Assembly (NCBI GenBank): GCA_963847185.1
Contig: CAWJYV010000004.1
Location: 160,001-224,000 of the forward strand
Source of the DNA: an uncultured Methanosarcinaceae archaeon
GTDB taxonomy: Archaea; Halobacteriota; Methanosarcinia; Methanosarcinales; Methanosarcinaceae
Length of the DNA stretch: 64,000 bases
Direction of reading: 5' to 3'
This document shows, in pieces, positions 10,248 to 21,186 of the stretch. The notes beneath the pieces are model-generated. The model was not told where the DNA came from. It was given only the letters and a program-made list of their open reading frames with translations, and searched no databases. Made by a program: the position numbers and the translations under genes. How positions within the stretch are numbered: the stretch's first letter is position 1; every line of letters starts with the position of its first letter.

Positions 10248-11675
10248 TTAAACCCACACAATAGAAACGCTCTTGTCAGCAACAAGTGAAACATTGGCTA
10301 AAAGAGCAATAGGGCCACTTATTTTGTAAGTACGTCCACTTTTAAGATGAACGCTGTTAAGTTTATTCTCATTTGCATATTCAATGGCTTTATTAATTTC
10401 TACCTGATCGTCTGTGCCGTCACAGTTGAATTTGCCAGTACCATCAGTTGTAACTTCAATTTTGTCTAAAATAATAGTTTCATCAGTGACAACAATGTAG
10501 TCTTTTTTAGTTGTAGTTATACTTCCATTTTTATTCTTAATTGTAAGACTTACAGTGTAGACACCAGGGTTCTTGAATGTATGTACAGCGGTAACAGCAT
10601 GTTTACTGCAGTAGTCACCGGACGTCTCTGGCTCAAAAATCCAAAAATACCCGGTTGGATTGCCAGTTGTAGTGCTTATGAAGTTGACTGAGAGAGGAGC
10701 TTTGCCAGTTACAACACTGGACTTAAAGTCAGCTGTAAGTTCTTCTACTGGTGTGTTAGGGTCAGTCTCTACAGGTCCTTCAGGCTTTGAGTTACCTTCA
10801 GCACCATATCCGTAACCCTGCTTTACCCAATAATGCTCATCCTGTGGGTTAGCATCAAGTATGTTATCAATCATTTTTGGAGTTCCACCACGTACCCATC
10901 CGCCAGGACAGTCCCACATAACACAGTTCTGGACAGTCAGTGAACCTGAGGCATGCACATATTGTATAGCAGCGTTTCCGGTAGATCCATGCATGTTCCT
11001 TATGATACAGCGATCAATTACGTTATTGTTCTGAGAATTTTCAATTTCAATTGCACACCAGCCAGAATGAGTATTGTCGTAGATAGTACAATACTCAATA
11101 AGGCAATTAGATGCATTGTCAAGCCTTATACCTGTATTAGTCTGAACATCAATTTTGCAGTTAGAAACTTTTGAGTTTTTTGTTCCGCTAAGAAATTCTA
11201 CAAAGTCGTGCCCAACAGAGAAACTAAGACAGTCATATACTATAACGTTGTTTCCACGATGACATTTTATACCATCATTATAGAGGTATCTCTGGAAATA
11301 CAGATCATGTATCTGTACATTACTACAGTCTTTAAGCAAGATACAGTTTCTTGTTTCCCCACGTCCGCCATCACCAGTTCCAGTTGCCGTGCTTGTGAAT
11401 TTCAGGCCACAGATTTCAAAATTGCTAATTCCATTGCAATAGATCCATCCATTCGATTCTTTTCCACTTCTAACTCCACCGGTAGTTCCTCCACCTACGA
11501 GTATAGTGTTATTGTAATTTTCTCCCTGTAATAAAATACCACTTTTCATTACCAGTCGGTCAGCAAGTGCATAAGTGCCTGCATGAACATAAACTGTGTC
11601 ACCAGATTTTGCATCGTTTACTGCACTCTGAATTGTACTATATGTCTGATCAGATCCAACGTGTAATATACTCAT
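10248..11675 (-). CDS. right-handed beta-helix + PKD domain cell-surface protein (disaggregatase-related), C-terminally truncated
   Basis: TIQSAVNDA..GDTVYVHAGTY beta-helix cap; PKD motif APLSVNF...HTFKNPGVYTVSLT; ends shortly after a second cap CDGTDDQVEINKAI. Confidence 0.8.
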   Translation of the reverse strand: MSILHVGSDQTYSTIQSAVNDAKSGDTVYVHAGTYALADRLVMKSGILLQGENYNNTILVGGGTTGGVRSGKESNGWIYCNGISNFEICGLKFTSTATGTGDGGRGETRNCILLKDCSNVQIHDLYFQRYLYNDGIKCHRGNNVIVYDCLSFSVGHDFVEFLSGTKNSKVSNCKIDVQTNTGIRLDNASNCLIEYCTIYDNTHSGWCAIEIENSQNNNVIDRCIIRNMHGSTGNAAIQYVHASGSLTVQNCVMWDCPGGWVRGGTPKMIDNILDANPQDEHYWVKQGYGYGAEGNSKPEGPVETDPNTPVEELTADFKSSVVTGKAPLSVNFISTTTGNPTGYFWIFEPETSGDYCSKHAVTAVHTFKNPGVYTVSLTIKNKNGSITTTKKDYIVVTDETIILDKIEVTTDGTGKFNCDGTDDQVEINKAIEYANENKLNSVHLKSGRTYKISGPIALLANVSLVADKSVSIVWV

Positions 11676-11981
11676 ATTTTATCCTCCCCATTTTATGAGT
11701 CATCAGATTTCAAAACTCAAAATTTGCTTCTTTAATAGTATTTTTTGTAGATTAACCAGGTTTTTAATCATGAAGATTTCAAAAATCTTAACGCTAATAG
11801 CAAAATGAGTCTGGACCAAGCTCTTGGTCAAGGCTTTTGACAGGCACTATTAAACTATATGAATAAATGGTATATGTAATTGCCGAATATAAGATATTTA
11901 TTAATATTAATACGTTGAATAAAAATAGTATAAGAATATTTGTCAATTCTTACAGAGATACACCATTGAATAAATTAAATA

Positions 11982-12114
11982 AGAGCTTATCCGAAAAGTG
12001 GTTACCCACTATAACTTTCACAATCTGCGATATGCAAAACAGGGACTGAGACTCTGAGATTATAGACCTATTGTAACTTTTCAACATGCATTAATGACTT
12101 TTCGGATAGGCTCT
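11982..12114. mobile_element. 133-bp MITE-like element
   Basis: AGAGCTTATCCGAAAAGT / ACTTTTCGGATAGGCTCT inverted termini; similar termini at 31586-31717. Confidence 0.6.
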
Positions 12115-12376
12115 AATGTCGCATCAACAGCAAAATGTCGTGTAAAATCGATTGTAACTATTCAAAGCTGTCAGATTCTTGAGGATTGACGCAAGACTAG
12201 TAATGATTTTTATGAAATCCCATTAATATTTTCACCCAACAAACTTTAACTTTATAGAAAAGAGACTTATTGAGTGGGGAATTCCAGGAAGGATGATTTA
12301 AAAATATCGATAAAGTACAAGATACTTACAAATATATAAATAGAGTGTGACCGCTAGTTTTGTATGGAGGCCATAA

Positions 12377-12511
12377 ATGGAAGATAAGCACGAAGAAGTT
12401 GAGAGGGACTACATAGAATTCAGGAAAGAAGTCGAAAAGGAAGAGCATGGAAAGGGTGAAAAACAGCGCAAAAAACCAGATAATGGAAGAGATTCGGAAA
12501 CTAACAAATGA
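12377..12511 (+). CDS. 44-aa charged small protein
   Basis: GGAGG at 12366, ATG at 12377, MEDKHEEVERDYIEFRKEVEKEEHG...; below the ORF-track length cutoff. Confidence 0.5.
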   Translation: MEDKHEEVERDYIEFRKEVEKEEHGKGEKQRKKPDNGRDSETNK

Positions 12512-12909
12512 AGGATAATACCTTTCCACATATTTCACTTTTTACGCTATTATATCAGACTATTTATAAATAAAATCTAGCAAGTTTGTAAATTTTGTTA
12601 ACTCAACAAATAGAAACGATATCATTTGAAGTCTGCTATGTGTTTGAGTTGAATCTTATTCCAAAGACTATGCTACTCTTTTGAAAACAGCTATCGGGGA
12701 ACCGTATAGTTGAAAACAAATCTTTTACTTTCGACAACCTTACATGTGAAAAAATTATCAGACAGACATGCTATATATTGATATTTTTATCCAATACATG
12801 TATATATATAACATGAGCTTCATATATAGGATTATTACAAAATATAATGTTTTAGTATTTTCTGTTTTTTGAGAGATTAAACTACTGAAAAATGACATAA
12901 GGAGTATTT

Positions 12910-13098
12910 ATGGAGTTTATGGATTCTTCGATAACATTTAGGCAAAAAAATTTAGTAATAAAGTCTCTTAATTATATCGAGAGGCATAAAAAAATTAATC
13001 AGTGTTGCAAAGAATATTGCAAAAAGAACTGGACTGACCTGTCCTTTGATGAAGCAAGTAACTTAATCAGGATGCTTGACAAGATGGCTTGGCGGTAA
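12910..13098 (+). CDS. small hypothetical protein
   Basis: AGGAG RBS upstream; 62 aa. Confidence 0.5.
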   Translation: MEFMDSSITFRQKNLVIKSLNYIERHKKINQCCKEYCKKNWTDLSFDEASNLIRMLDKMAWR

Positions 13099-14949
13099 TT
13101 ATTCTTAGCTTCTATGGTTTAACCTTGAGGTTAAAACATCCTACAAATTATTCTAAACGCCTACAATGAATTTTGTTATGGTCTTGGTATAATTTTGTAT
13201 TCCCTTTTCTTGGAATCATTTAGATCCAATTCCAAGGAGACTTTTATTATTTTCTGTTTTTATTGATTGTAGTCAATTGCTAGCGGAATCAATGTCCGGA
13301 TAGGAAAAAACTATACCCACCAAAATGACCTCGAATATTGGCTCTGTATTCCTCTAAGCCAGGATTTTTGTTGAGTCAGGAGTATAATGATTACCTTTGG
13401 ACTTTTTACCCTTAAAAGAAGACCTATTGTCTATGTTTTCATCCATTCTGGGCTTCATCTCAGGTCTAAACTGCCCCAAAAAAAGGCAACTATTTTTAGG
13501 CCAAAGAAAAATCAACATTCTCGAATTTAGTCCTTGCTTATTCCGTGACTTACATGAACGTGCGTAAATTCCCTTATTATTATATAGGAGCGCCGTCCGA
13601 CTCTTCCTCTTTTACTTATTTCAAAATTATATTTTCAATTTCAGTTCCCAACTTTCTCTGTCTTCTTTATGAATTCCTTCAAAAATTCGTATTTTTGTAA
13701 ATAGAAAGTAAAGAAGCTGTTTTAACTATATGCAGAGGCTTTTACTCTTTTCTACTTCGTTCATGCCGAAGTTTACCCCGGGGAAAAGTAAGGCAGTTTA
13801 TCTAATTTCATGGCAATTAACTGGTTGAGCAAGATGTCAATCGATCAAATTTTAATTGGTAAGTTTTCCTTCATGACCCGCCTCTCGCAAAAAGTTTCGA
13901 GCTCTATGACCGGAAAGGGTTGCTTGTTCCGGAAGCAGAAGTAATTAAAGGTATATTTTATCTTTTTATTAGCCTATAAGCTCTTCAAGCACCCAAATTT
14001 GCCTATGTAATCTAGAAAATGGAGTTTATTTCTCTTCCGATAAGTTTTCTAAGGGATCTTACAATATTATCTGTGATAACCTTGTATCTTCAAAGGTTAT
14101 GTAAACCAGATGGCTCTTATGCACTAACCTGATTCGAGTGTTTGACGGAAAAAAGTTGGCTTGAAAGTGATCACTAAAACAAGAAGATGGGGATGTTGTA
14201 GGCCGGCTCCTTGAATTATTTTTTTATTTGGGAGTGTTAAGAGGTTGACGCAGTCGGAGAGTAGTATGGGGAAACTACTATCTTCGGGATAAAATAGACA
14301 AGTAGCTGTTTTTAATTGAGTGTAGAGGCTCTGGGAGAGTTAGAAGAAGCTAGATTTTGGCACTGACTACCCCGTTTCTTACAGCAAGGTGCGTGAGTGC
14401 AACTTTGATTCAGCTCTTTAATATGTATTTTCACCTTTTTACTTCTTTCTCGCATCCTAAGCAAATTACATCTGCCATAGTCCTAGGGTGCTTAATACAA
14501 AGTCCTCCGTATTTGCATTGAACTATTAATTTTATTCCATCATTTACCAAATTGCTTTTATCTCTCTTTCTTTTTATCATAATTTACCCTATTCTACCTC
14601 TCTAACTCGTTCTGCCAGCTTATTAAGCTGCTCCTGTCGTCTAGCAAGGTCATCTTTAAGTTACTTCATTTTCTCTTCCTGCTTTGCGGTTTTCTTATAG
14701 AAGCCATCTACAATGTCCAGGGTTATCGCTCGTAGCCAAATGGACTAATATTAATATATCCCGGACGGCTCCACATTCATCTGTTTAAGTTAGGACAATA
14801 CCTTATTTTTTTGTCTCCTGCTTCTCAAACACTTAAGAATCAACTTCATCATCCCATTTCTGGTATTGCTCAACCCTTAAACAAAAGCTACATGACAAAT
14901 GACACTTCTCCGATGAACATGGGCAGGCCAAGCACAATCCGGAAGTTTG

Positions 14950-15936
14950 TTAGGTTTTGTCATTGTATTCAAAAGTTATAATCACATTTCCCTTCTTGTG
15001 CCCTTTCTCAACATACCTGTGAGCCTCAGCGATCTGTTCCGGCGGATAGCGCCTGTCAATGACCTGTTTTATCTTTCCGGCCTCGGCTAGCTCTTTGAGG
15101 AAGAGCAGATCTTTCACCTTTTCGCTTGCCGGTCTCAGACCCGTGGCCGCAAACATTGCCTTTTTGCTGCTAAACTTCGAGGTCCATATCGCCTGCAGCA
15201 TTATTCCCGGCGAAGGGAAAGTGGTAAGATAGACCCCTTCTGGCTTTAGTGTATTTTTACATCGTGAAAATGAGCTCCTAGCCACGACGTCAAAAATGAT
15301 ATCGTAGGTCTGGCTGCTTCTGGTGAAATCCTCTCTGGTGTAATCTATCACCTTATCAGCACCAAGCGATCTGACCAGCTCCAGATTCGCTGTACTGCAT
15401 ACGCCGGTCACTTCCGCCCCATAGTATCTGGCAAGCTGCACCGCAAGAGTGCCTATGGACCCGGAAGCACCATTGATGAGGACTTTCTGCCTGCTCTTAA
15501 TACTTGCCTTGTCTCGAAGGAAAGGCAGTGCAGTCAGTCCGGCATAGCAGACTGCAACGGCTTCCCCATAGTCCACGTTGGCTGGTTTTATTGCCAGCGC
15601 CGCTTCCTCGGGCAGGCATTTGTACTCCGCATGAGCACCAAAAGCAGTACCGCCTGATCCGAAAACCTTGTCCCCCTTCTTGAATCCCCTTACGTTTTTG
15701 CCTGCAGCCTCAATTTCTCCGGCTATCTCGTCCCCCGGTATGAACTTCGGCTTAAGGAGGCCGGTGAATAATCTTGAAATGAAGGGGTCACCTTTTCGAA
15801 AAGCGACATCTGCCGGAGTTACAGTTGCCGCTTGAACCCTTATCAGCACTTCATTATCCTTGGGAACAGGCTTTTCAATCTCGGCCAGCCGAAGAACTTC
15901 CGGCGGACCGTATTTTGTGCATATAATTGCCTTCAT
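14950..15936 (-). CDS. NAD(P)-dependent MDR oxidoreductase (zinc-type ADH/quinone reductase family)
   Basis: Start MKAII at 15936; [26 protein letters not shown]. Confidence 0.9.
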   Translation of the reverse strand: MKAIICTKYGPPEVLRLAEIEKPVPKDNEVLIRVQAATVTPADVAFRKGDPFISRLFTGLLKPKFIPGDEIAGEIEAAGKNVRGFKKGDKVFGSGGTAFGAHAEYKCLPEEAALAIKPANVDYGEAVAVCYAGLTALPFLRDKASIKSRQKVLINGASGSIGTLAVQLARYYGAEVTGVCSTANLELVRSLGADKVIDYTREDFTRSSQTYDIIFDVVARSSFSRCKNTLKPEGVYLTTFPSPGIMLQAIWTSKFSSKKAMFAATGLRPASEKVKDLLFLKELAEAGKIKQVIDRRYPPEQIAEAHRYVEKGHKKGNVIITFEYNDKT

Positions 15937-16259
15937 AAATATTCTTCCTGATTTGTCAGGTTTGGTCATTTTATCTAGTAAATAGGAATTTAAGAGTATA
16001 TAACCTACTTTCGGCAGGTCGATATTACAAATCAAAATGTATCTGCCGATGCCGTTTTAGAACATTAGCTAATTATATGTCATGTTTAAAGCTAGTTAAC
16101 GTGTGTCTAAACTCCCTCGAAGCATATAAACACTGAATACTTTATTCCCCAAAGTTTAGTATGAGATTTCATGTTTGGACCATATGTAAACCTAATAACT
16201 AAACACAATTATGGAACATTATCCCAAAATCGCCATCAGTAAAAAGTATTAAAAATTAA

Positions 16260-16514
16260 GGTATTGTTAACTAAATATATCTAACTCTTTATTTCTGTAT
16301 TTCATTAAGAGAAGAACCGAGTACTTTAGCATTTCAAGACTCTTAGTATAACAGTTTGTCTTTCCTGAATAGTTATATCCACAATCATGGCATTTGTAGC
16401 GTTGACGTCCACCAACTATACCGTTCTTTTTGTGATTGGAACTCTTACATCTTGAGCAATTTATGCAGAAATATAGTTTCTCATAATATATAACTATATT
16501 TAATTACCAATACC
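16260..16514 (-). mobile_element. internally deleted IS1-family element (255 bp) retaining both ends
   Basis: TIRs GGTATTGTTAACTAAATA / TATTTAATTACCAATACC; both arms match the IS1 at 40003-40745. Confidence 0.85.
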
Positions 16515-16919
16515 AAATAAAATATTCTTAATAAAATTATATAATAATCAATGTATTCAAAACAGAAACTCTAATATCAAAGGTAATTATCGGACAGCCT
16601 GTAAAGGGCGGGGTATTTATGACCCTCTGCGCTCCCGATGTAATAAATCCTTTTTTCCGAAATAAATGCATCCCAATCAAATTTGTTGACTTATTTATTA
16701 GTATTTATATAATACTCAATATAAATAACTATCAATAACTGATTTTTAAAATTATTTTAAAGATAATATTATCAATAGTTGATAAAGAATTGACTTATGG
16801 GAAGACATTATTGGTGGCATTCTTAGAATTAAATTCATGTTAATTCTGTTGGGCAAGGGGTTATATAAATATATTTAATGCAGGTACTAGTACCTGTTTT
16901 AAAGAAATGCTGAGGAACT

Positions 16920-18605
16920 ATGACTTTTTTTAACTCTCCAGATAAAGATGAACTTGAGCTCCAGCTGCGAAAACGGATAGCTGAACTGGAGAAAGCTAAT
17001 CAAGACTTGCGTGTTGAAAATATTGCACTAAGCCGTGACATAACCAAGATGAAGCAGGTGGAAGAGGGCCTAAAGGAGAGTGAGGAACGTCTGCGCCTTT
17101 TGGGCGACAATCTGCCGGACAATGCCCTTTATCAGTATGTCTATGAGCCCGACGGTAGTGTCCGGTTTCTGTACATCAGCACGGGCATCGAACGGCTTAC
17201 CGGCGTCAGTGTCCAGGAAGTGCTGCGTGATTCCAACGAGCTATACAGGCAAGTTCCCGCTGAGTATTTAGAACGTCTCTTCGAAGCCGAGGCACACAGC
17301 GCTCGTGAGTTATCAGATTTTGAGATGGAATTGCCTATGCAACTGGCCAACGGCCAGATACGCTGGATGCGATTGCACTCCCGCCCGCGCAGAATGCCCG
17401 ACGGTCGAACAATCTGGAACGGAGTGCAAATAGATATCACTGAGCGCAAGAGAACCGAAGAAGCTCTGAAAAAAGCGCATCAAAATTTGGAAGAAAAAGT
17501 TAAAGAACGTACAGCAGAGCTTGAAGAAGCTTACAATTCATTAAAAGAAGCTAAAGAAAGTCTTGCTGAAGCTCAAAAAATGGCTCATATCGGAAATTGG
17601 TATTGGGATCTCGTAACAGATGAAGTATACTGGTCTGACGAACTTTATCATATTTTTGGACGTGATCCTGAAAAATTAGCACCATCTTACAAGGAATATT
17701 TGAATTATATACATCCCGATGATCGAGCTTACTTTGATAGCATCGTTAGGAAACCCAATAATGATAAGCCTCACAGTCTTGATCATAGGATCATTTTAGA
17801 TAATGGGGAAGAACACATAGTCAATATACAAGCTGAAGTTGTTTTTGATGAAAGAGATATACCTATTCGAGTAAAGGGAATAGTTCAGGATATTACTGAG
17901 CGTAAAAAGGCTGAAGAAGCTCTTAGAAACCTTGAAATAATCCGTAAGAAGGAAATCCACCACAGAATTAAAAATAACCTTCAAGTTATTTCCTCTCTCT
18001 TAGATCTTCAGGCTGAAAAATTCCAGAACAGACAATGTGTGGAGGATTTTGAAATTATTGAAGCCTTCAGGGAGAGTCAGGATAGAGTAATATCAATTGC
18101 CTTGATTCACGAGGAATTACATGAAGAGGAAGGAACAAACGATACCCTGAATTTTTCTCTATACTTGCAAAGACTCGTTGAAAGTCTATTTCAGACATAC
18201 AGATTTGGAAATACTGGTATCAGCCTAAATCTGAACCTTGAAGAGAATGTTTTCTTTGATATGGATACTGCAGTTCCACTAGGAATGATTGTTAATGAAC
18301 TTGTTTCTAATTCCTTAAAATATGCATTTCCAGACATGGATAAGGGAGAAATTCAAATTAAACTCTTTGGAAATAGACTAAACAACGATAAAGTGGAGTT
18401 CTCTAAAAAAATTAATAAGTACACTCTTATTGTCTCAGATAATGGGGTTGGCATTCCAGAGAATATCAATTTTGAAAATACAGAAACTCTTGGTCTGCAG
18501 CTTGTAAACATTCTCGTTGATCAATTAGATGGTGAAATCGAGCTAAAAAGGGATAAAGGTACTGAGTTTATAATAAGATTCAGCGTAGAAGAAAAAGAGA
18601 ATTGA
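16920..18605 (+). CDS. PAS-domain sensor histidine kinase (HisKA_2)
   Basis: Two PAS/PAC (QIDITER, QDITER); EIHHRIKNNLQ, NELVSNSLKYAF, DNGVG, LGLQLV. Confidence 0.92.
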   Translation: MTFFNSPDKDELELQLRKRIAELEKANQDLRVENIALSRDITKMKQVEEGLKESEERLRLLGDNLPDNALYQYVYEPDGSVRFLYISTGIERLTGVSVQEVLRDSNELYRQVPAEYLERLFEAEAHSARELSDFEMELPMQLANGQIRWMRLHSRPRRMPDGRTIWNGVQIDITERKRTEEALKKAHQNLEEKVKERTAELEEAYNSLKEAKESLAEAQKMAHIGNWYWDLVTDEVYWSDELYHIFGRDPEKLAPSYKEYLNYIHPDDRAYFDSIVRKPNNDKPHSLDHRIILDNGEEHIVNIQAEVVFDERDIPIRVKGIVQDITERKKAEEALRNLEIIRKKEIHHRIKNNLQVISSLLDLQAEKFQNRQCVEDFEIIEAFRESQDRVISIALIHEELHEEEGTNDTLNFSLYLQRLVESLFQTYRFGNTGISLNLNLEENVFFDMDTAVPLGMIVNELVSNSLKYAFPDMDKGEIQIKLFGNRLNNDKVEFSKKINKYTLIVSDNGVGIPENINFENTETLGLQLVNILVDQLDGEIELKRDKGTEFIIRFSVEEKEN

Positions 18606-18904
18606 TGAAAATCAGCTTAGAAGTAGATGGTAGAGTTTTGAGTCCCTATTCTCAAATCCCTACCTGCGATCCAACCCAAAGATTAAGAGGAAACCCTATT
18701 GCTCTTAATCTGGACATTTATAATGGCAGAATTATATATCATATTCGTCGTGAAAGATTTGATCTAACTTAAAATTTCAATATAATAAAAAAACTATATT
18801 ATTTTAAAAATTTTAATGACATTGAAATAAAATGATTAAAACTATCTTTCAATTAAATACAATTTTTGATATAATTTATTTTAAATAATTTATCTTATTA
18901 GTAT

Positions 18905-19070
18905 ATGCTGGAGTTGGGGAACAGCTGGGGTATCATCTATCCATAAACGAATCGCCTGGAGTCGCTGATCTTCTTCGAACAAATGTGTTTGGGGGAACGC
19001 AAATTCGAAGAGACTGTATTGGGGGATACAGTAAACAGCGCCTCTGGGCTTCTTCTTGTGTAACTCTTTT
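18905..19070 (+). ncRNA. candidate structured small RNA with UGGGG(G) loops
   Basis: GC island in AT-rich DNA, TTAAATA box at about 18881, multibranch fold, T-tract downstream. Confidence 0.6.
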
Positions 19071-19391
19071 TGGTGCCTTTCTACTATATCTTTCTTAATG
19101 TTTTCAATCTTGGTTTGGACAAGTTACCCTATTTCATCAAATTTTTTTCACATCTATCCATGGACGTATGTTCCATATACCTTTTCCACGCACATATGCT
19201 TAGAAGCCACGAACATATCCAGGGCTATCGCTCGTAGCCAAATGGACCAAATATATCCCCGAGGGTCTCATAACGCAATTAGCCAGAGAAGAAATGATCC
19301 ATTCTTTTTACTCTCCCTATCACACTAGAATACAGGACAAAAAAACAAATACAAGCAAAATAATATAACTAATATATTTTAAATCGAGGTT

Positions 19392-19541
19392 ATGAGCATG
19401 GATCAGGAATGCGAAACTGAATTTAAGAAGATTAGGGATGAAATCGAGAGTTTAAAGAAAGAGATTGAAAATTTGAAGAAGGGGAGAATGAATGAAAAAG
19501 AAGATCTTGGGGACCTATTTGATGCATCAGAGGTAGATTAA
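19392..19541 (+). CDS. 49-aa coiled-coil small protein
   Basis: GAGGT RBS; MSMDQECETEFKKIRDEIESLKKEIENLKKG... Confidence 0.5.
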   Translation: MSMDQECETEFKKIRDEIESLKKEIENLKKGRMNEKEDLGDLFDASEVD

Positions 19542-20387
19542 GGAACAGATCATATCCGCCTGGAAGCCGTATAAAATATCCGGATCTATTGCTCGTAGCC
19601 AGATGGACAAATATTTTCCTGACAGCTTCACAGCATAATTAAAACAAGTAAAATGAATACTTCCTGTTTTCTTTGCTACTTTTAGAGCCTTCTGACTATG
19701 TTTCCCAGACATCCAGACATGGAACATCGGCATTAAGATTCAGGCTCTGGGATAATTATCGAAAGCTGGGGAGATGTATCCATCACAAGGGCGTTATTTG
19801 TATTTTTTACTATGTTTCGTATGGAAGGGATAGAAGGGATTTGAATCAAACTTAATGTATAAGGTGAAAAAAAATATTTTTTTTAATTTTTTGTATTATA
19901 CGTATAATTATTGCTTCAAATCTCTTCCATTACCATCATAAAAGTCCCGTAAAGTTTCACAATAATATTAAAAAAGTAACATGATTATTCTATGTAGACA
20001 CTTTTTTGTAAAGCCAGAAGACTATGTTTCCTCGACGTCCCAGATCTGGGACGTCTAAAGATTTCCACGATAATTGTGGAAAGGTGGCACCGTTTAATAG
20101 CCTGTGAAACATTGCACGGTTTTCAGGAGAAGAGAGTAAGGTGGCTGTTTTTAATTGAGTGTAGAGGCTCTGGGTGGGTTGAAAATAGTATCAAGATGGC
20201 TTCTTAGTATGCACCATATTATTATAGAACAATTTTATAAATATTGAGTGAAGAATTAATTTGTAATTCGGCATTATTGGGATCTGTTTAGTATCATATT
20301 AAGGTCAAATCTATTAGACAATAGTATCAGACAAATGAGGATCTAACAAAAGTGTTATGCCCTGTTTTAAAGCAGGGTTGGGGAATT

Positions 20388-20597
20388 ATGACTTTTTTTA
20401 ACTCTTCGGATAAGGATGAAATAGAGATCCAGTTGCGAAAAAGGATCTGTAAACTGGAAAAGGCTAATCAAGACTTGCATACTGAGAATATGGTACTAAA
20501 TCAGGAGATCACCAAGCGCAAACAAGCTGAAGAAGCACTGAGGGGAAGTGAAAAACGTTTTTATTATAATACTCTTTTCTGTAGAAAAACTCTCTAA
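20388..20597 (+). pseudogene. stand-alone N-terminal coiled-coil fragment paralogous to the kinase at 16920
   Basis: MTFFNSSDKDEIEIQLRKRICKLEKANQDL versus MTFFNSPDKDELELQLRKRIAELEKANQDL; ends after ITKRKQAEEALRGSEKRF. Confidence 0.7.
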
Positions 20598-21186
20598 TAA
20601 GCTATAATAGGCTGAAATGAATCCTCAAAAACATATCATTTTCATTCAGTTCAAATTAATGGAGACTTCTCATCTCAGAGGGCTTCTAAAGAGCTGCAGT
20701 GAATCAATATTATAAATCCAATATTGGCAGAGTATAAGCAAGAAAAGAGCCTTGAATTTAAAAAACTTCAACCCCTTCAGCATAGTACAGATTCTCGAAG
20801 GTATTTTATACTGTAAGACTATTATAATATTTGGGGTTTTTACTCACATGCCGATTTGAGTCAGACATATGCGTTGCTCATTTTTCGTAAGCGTCTGGCA
20901 ACATACTCCCGGAGTAAGCCACAACAAATATGATTAGTCCTAATGGACATCTAAAGGAATATAATGTGATAAAATGACTGAAAAGAAAGAACGATCTATC
21001 TACGGTGTGCACTTTGGGGGCGATGTGGAATTTGAAAGAGCTTTAGCAATTATGCTTGAAGACCTTGAAGAAGAAGACTAATGCCCGAGAGGGCACACTC
21101 TTTATTCATTTAAACAAATTTATAATCAGATCTAAAAATAAATTATGTAATAAAGATATAAGTTATAGCAACCAATTTATGGTTTA

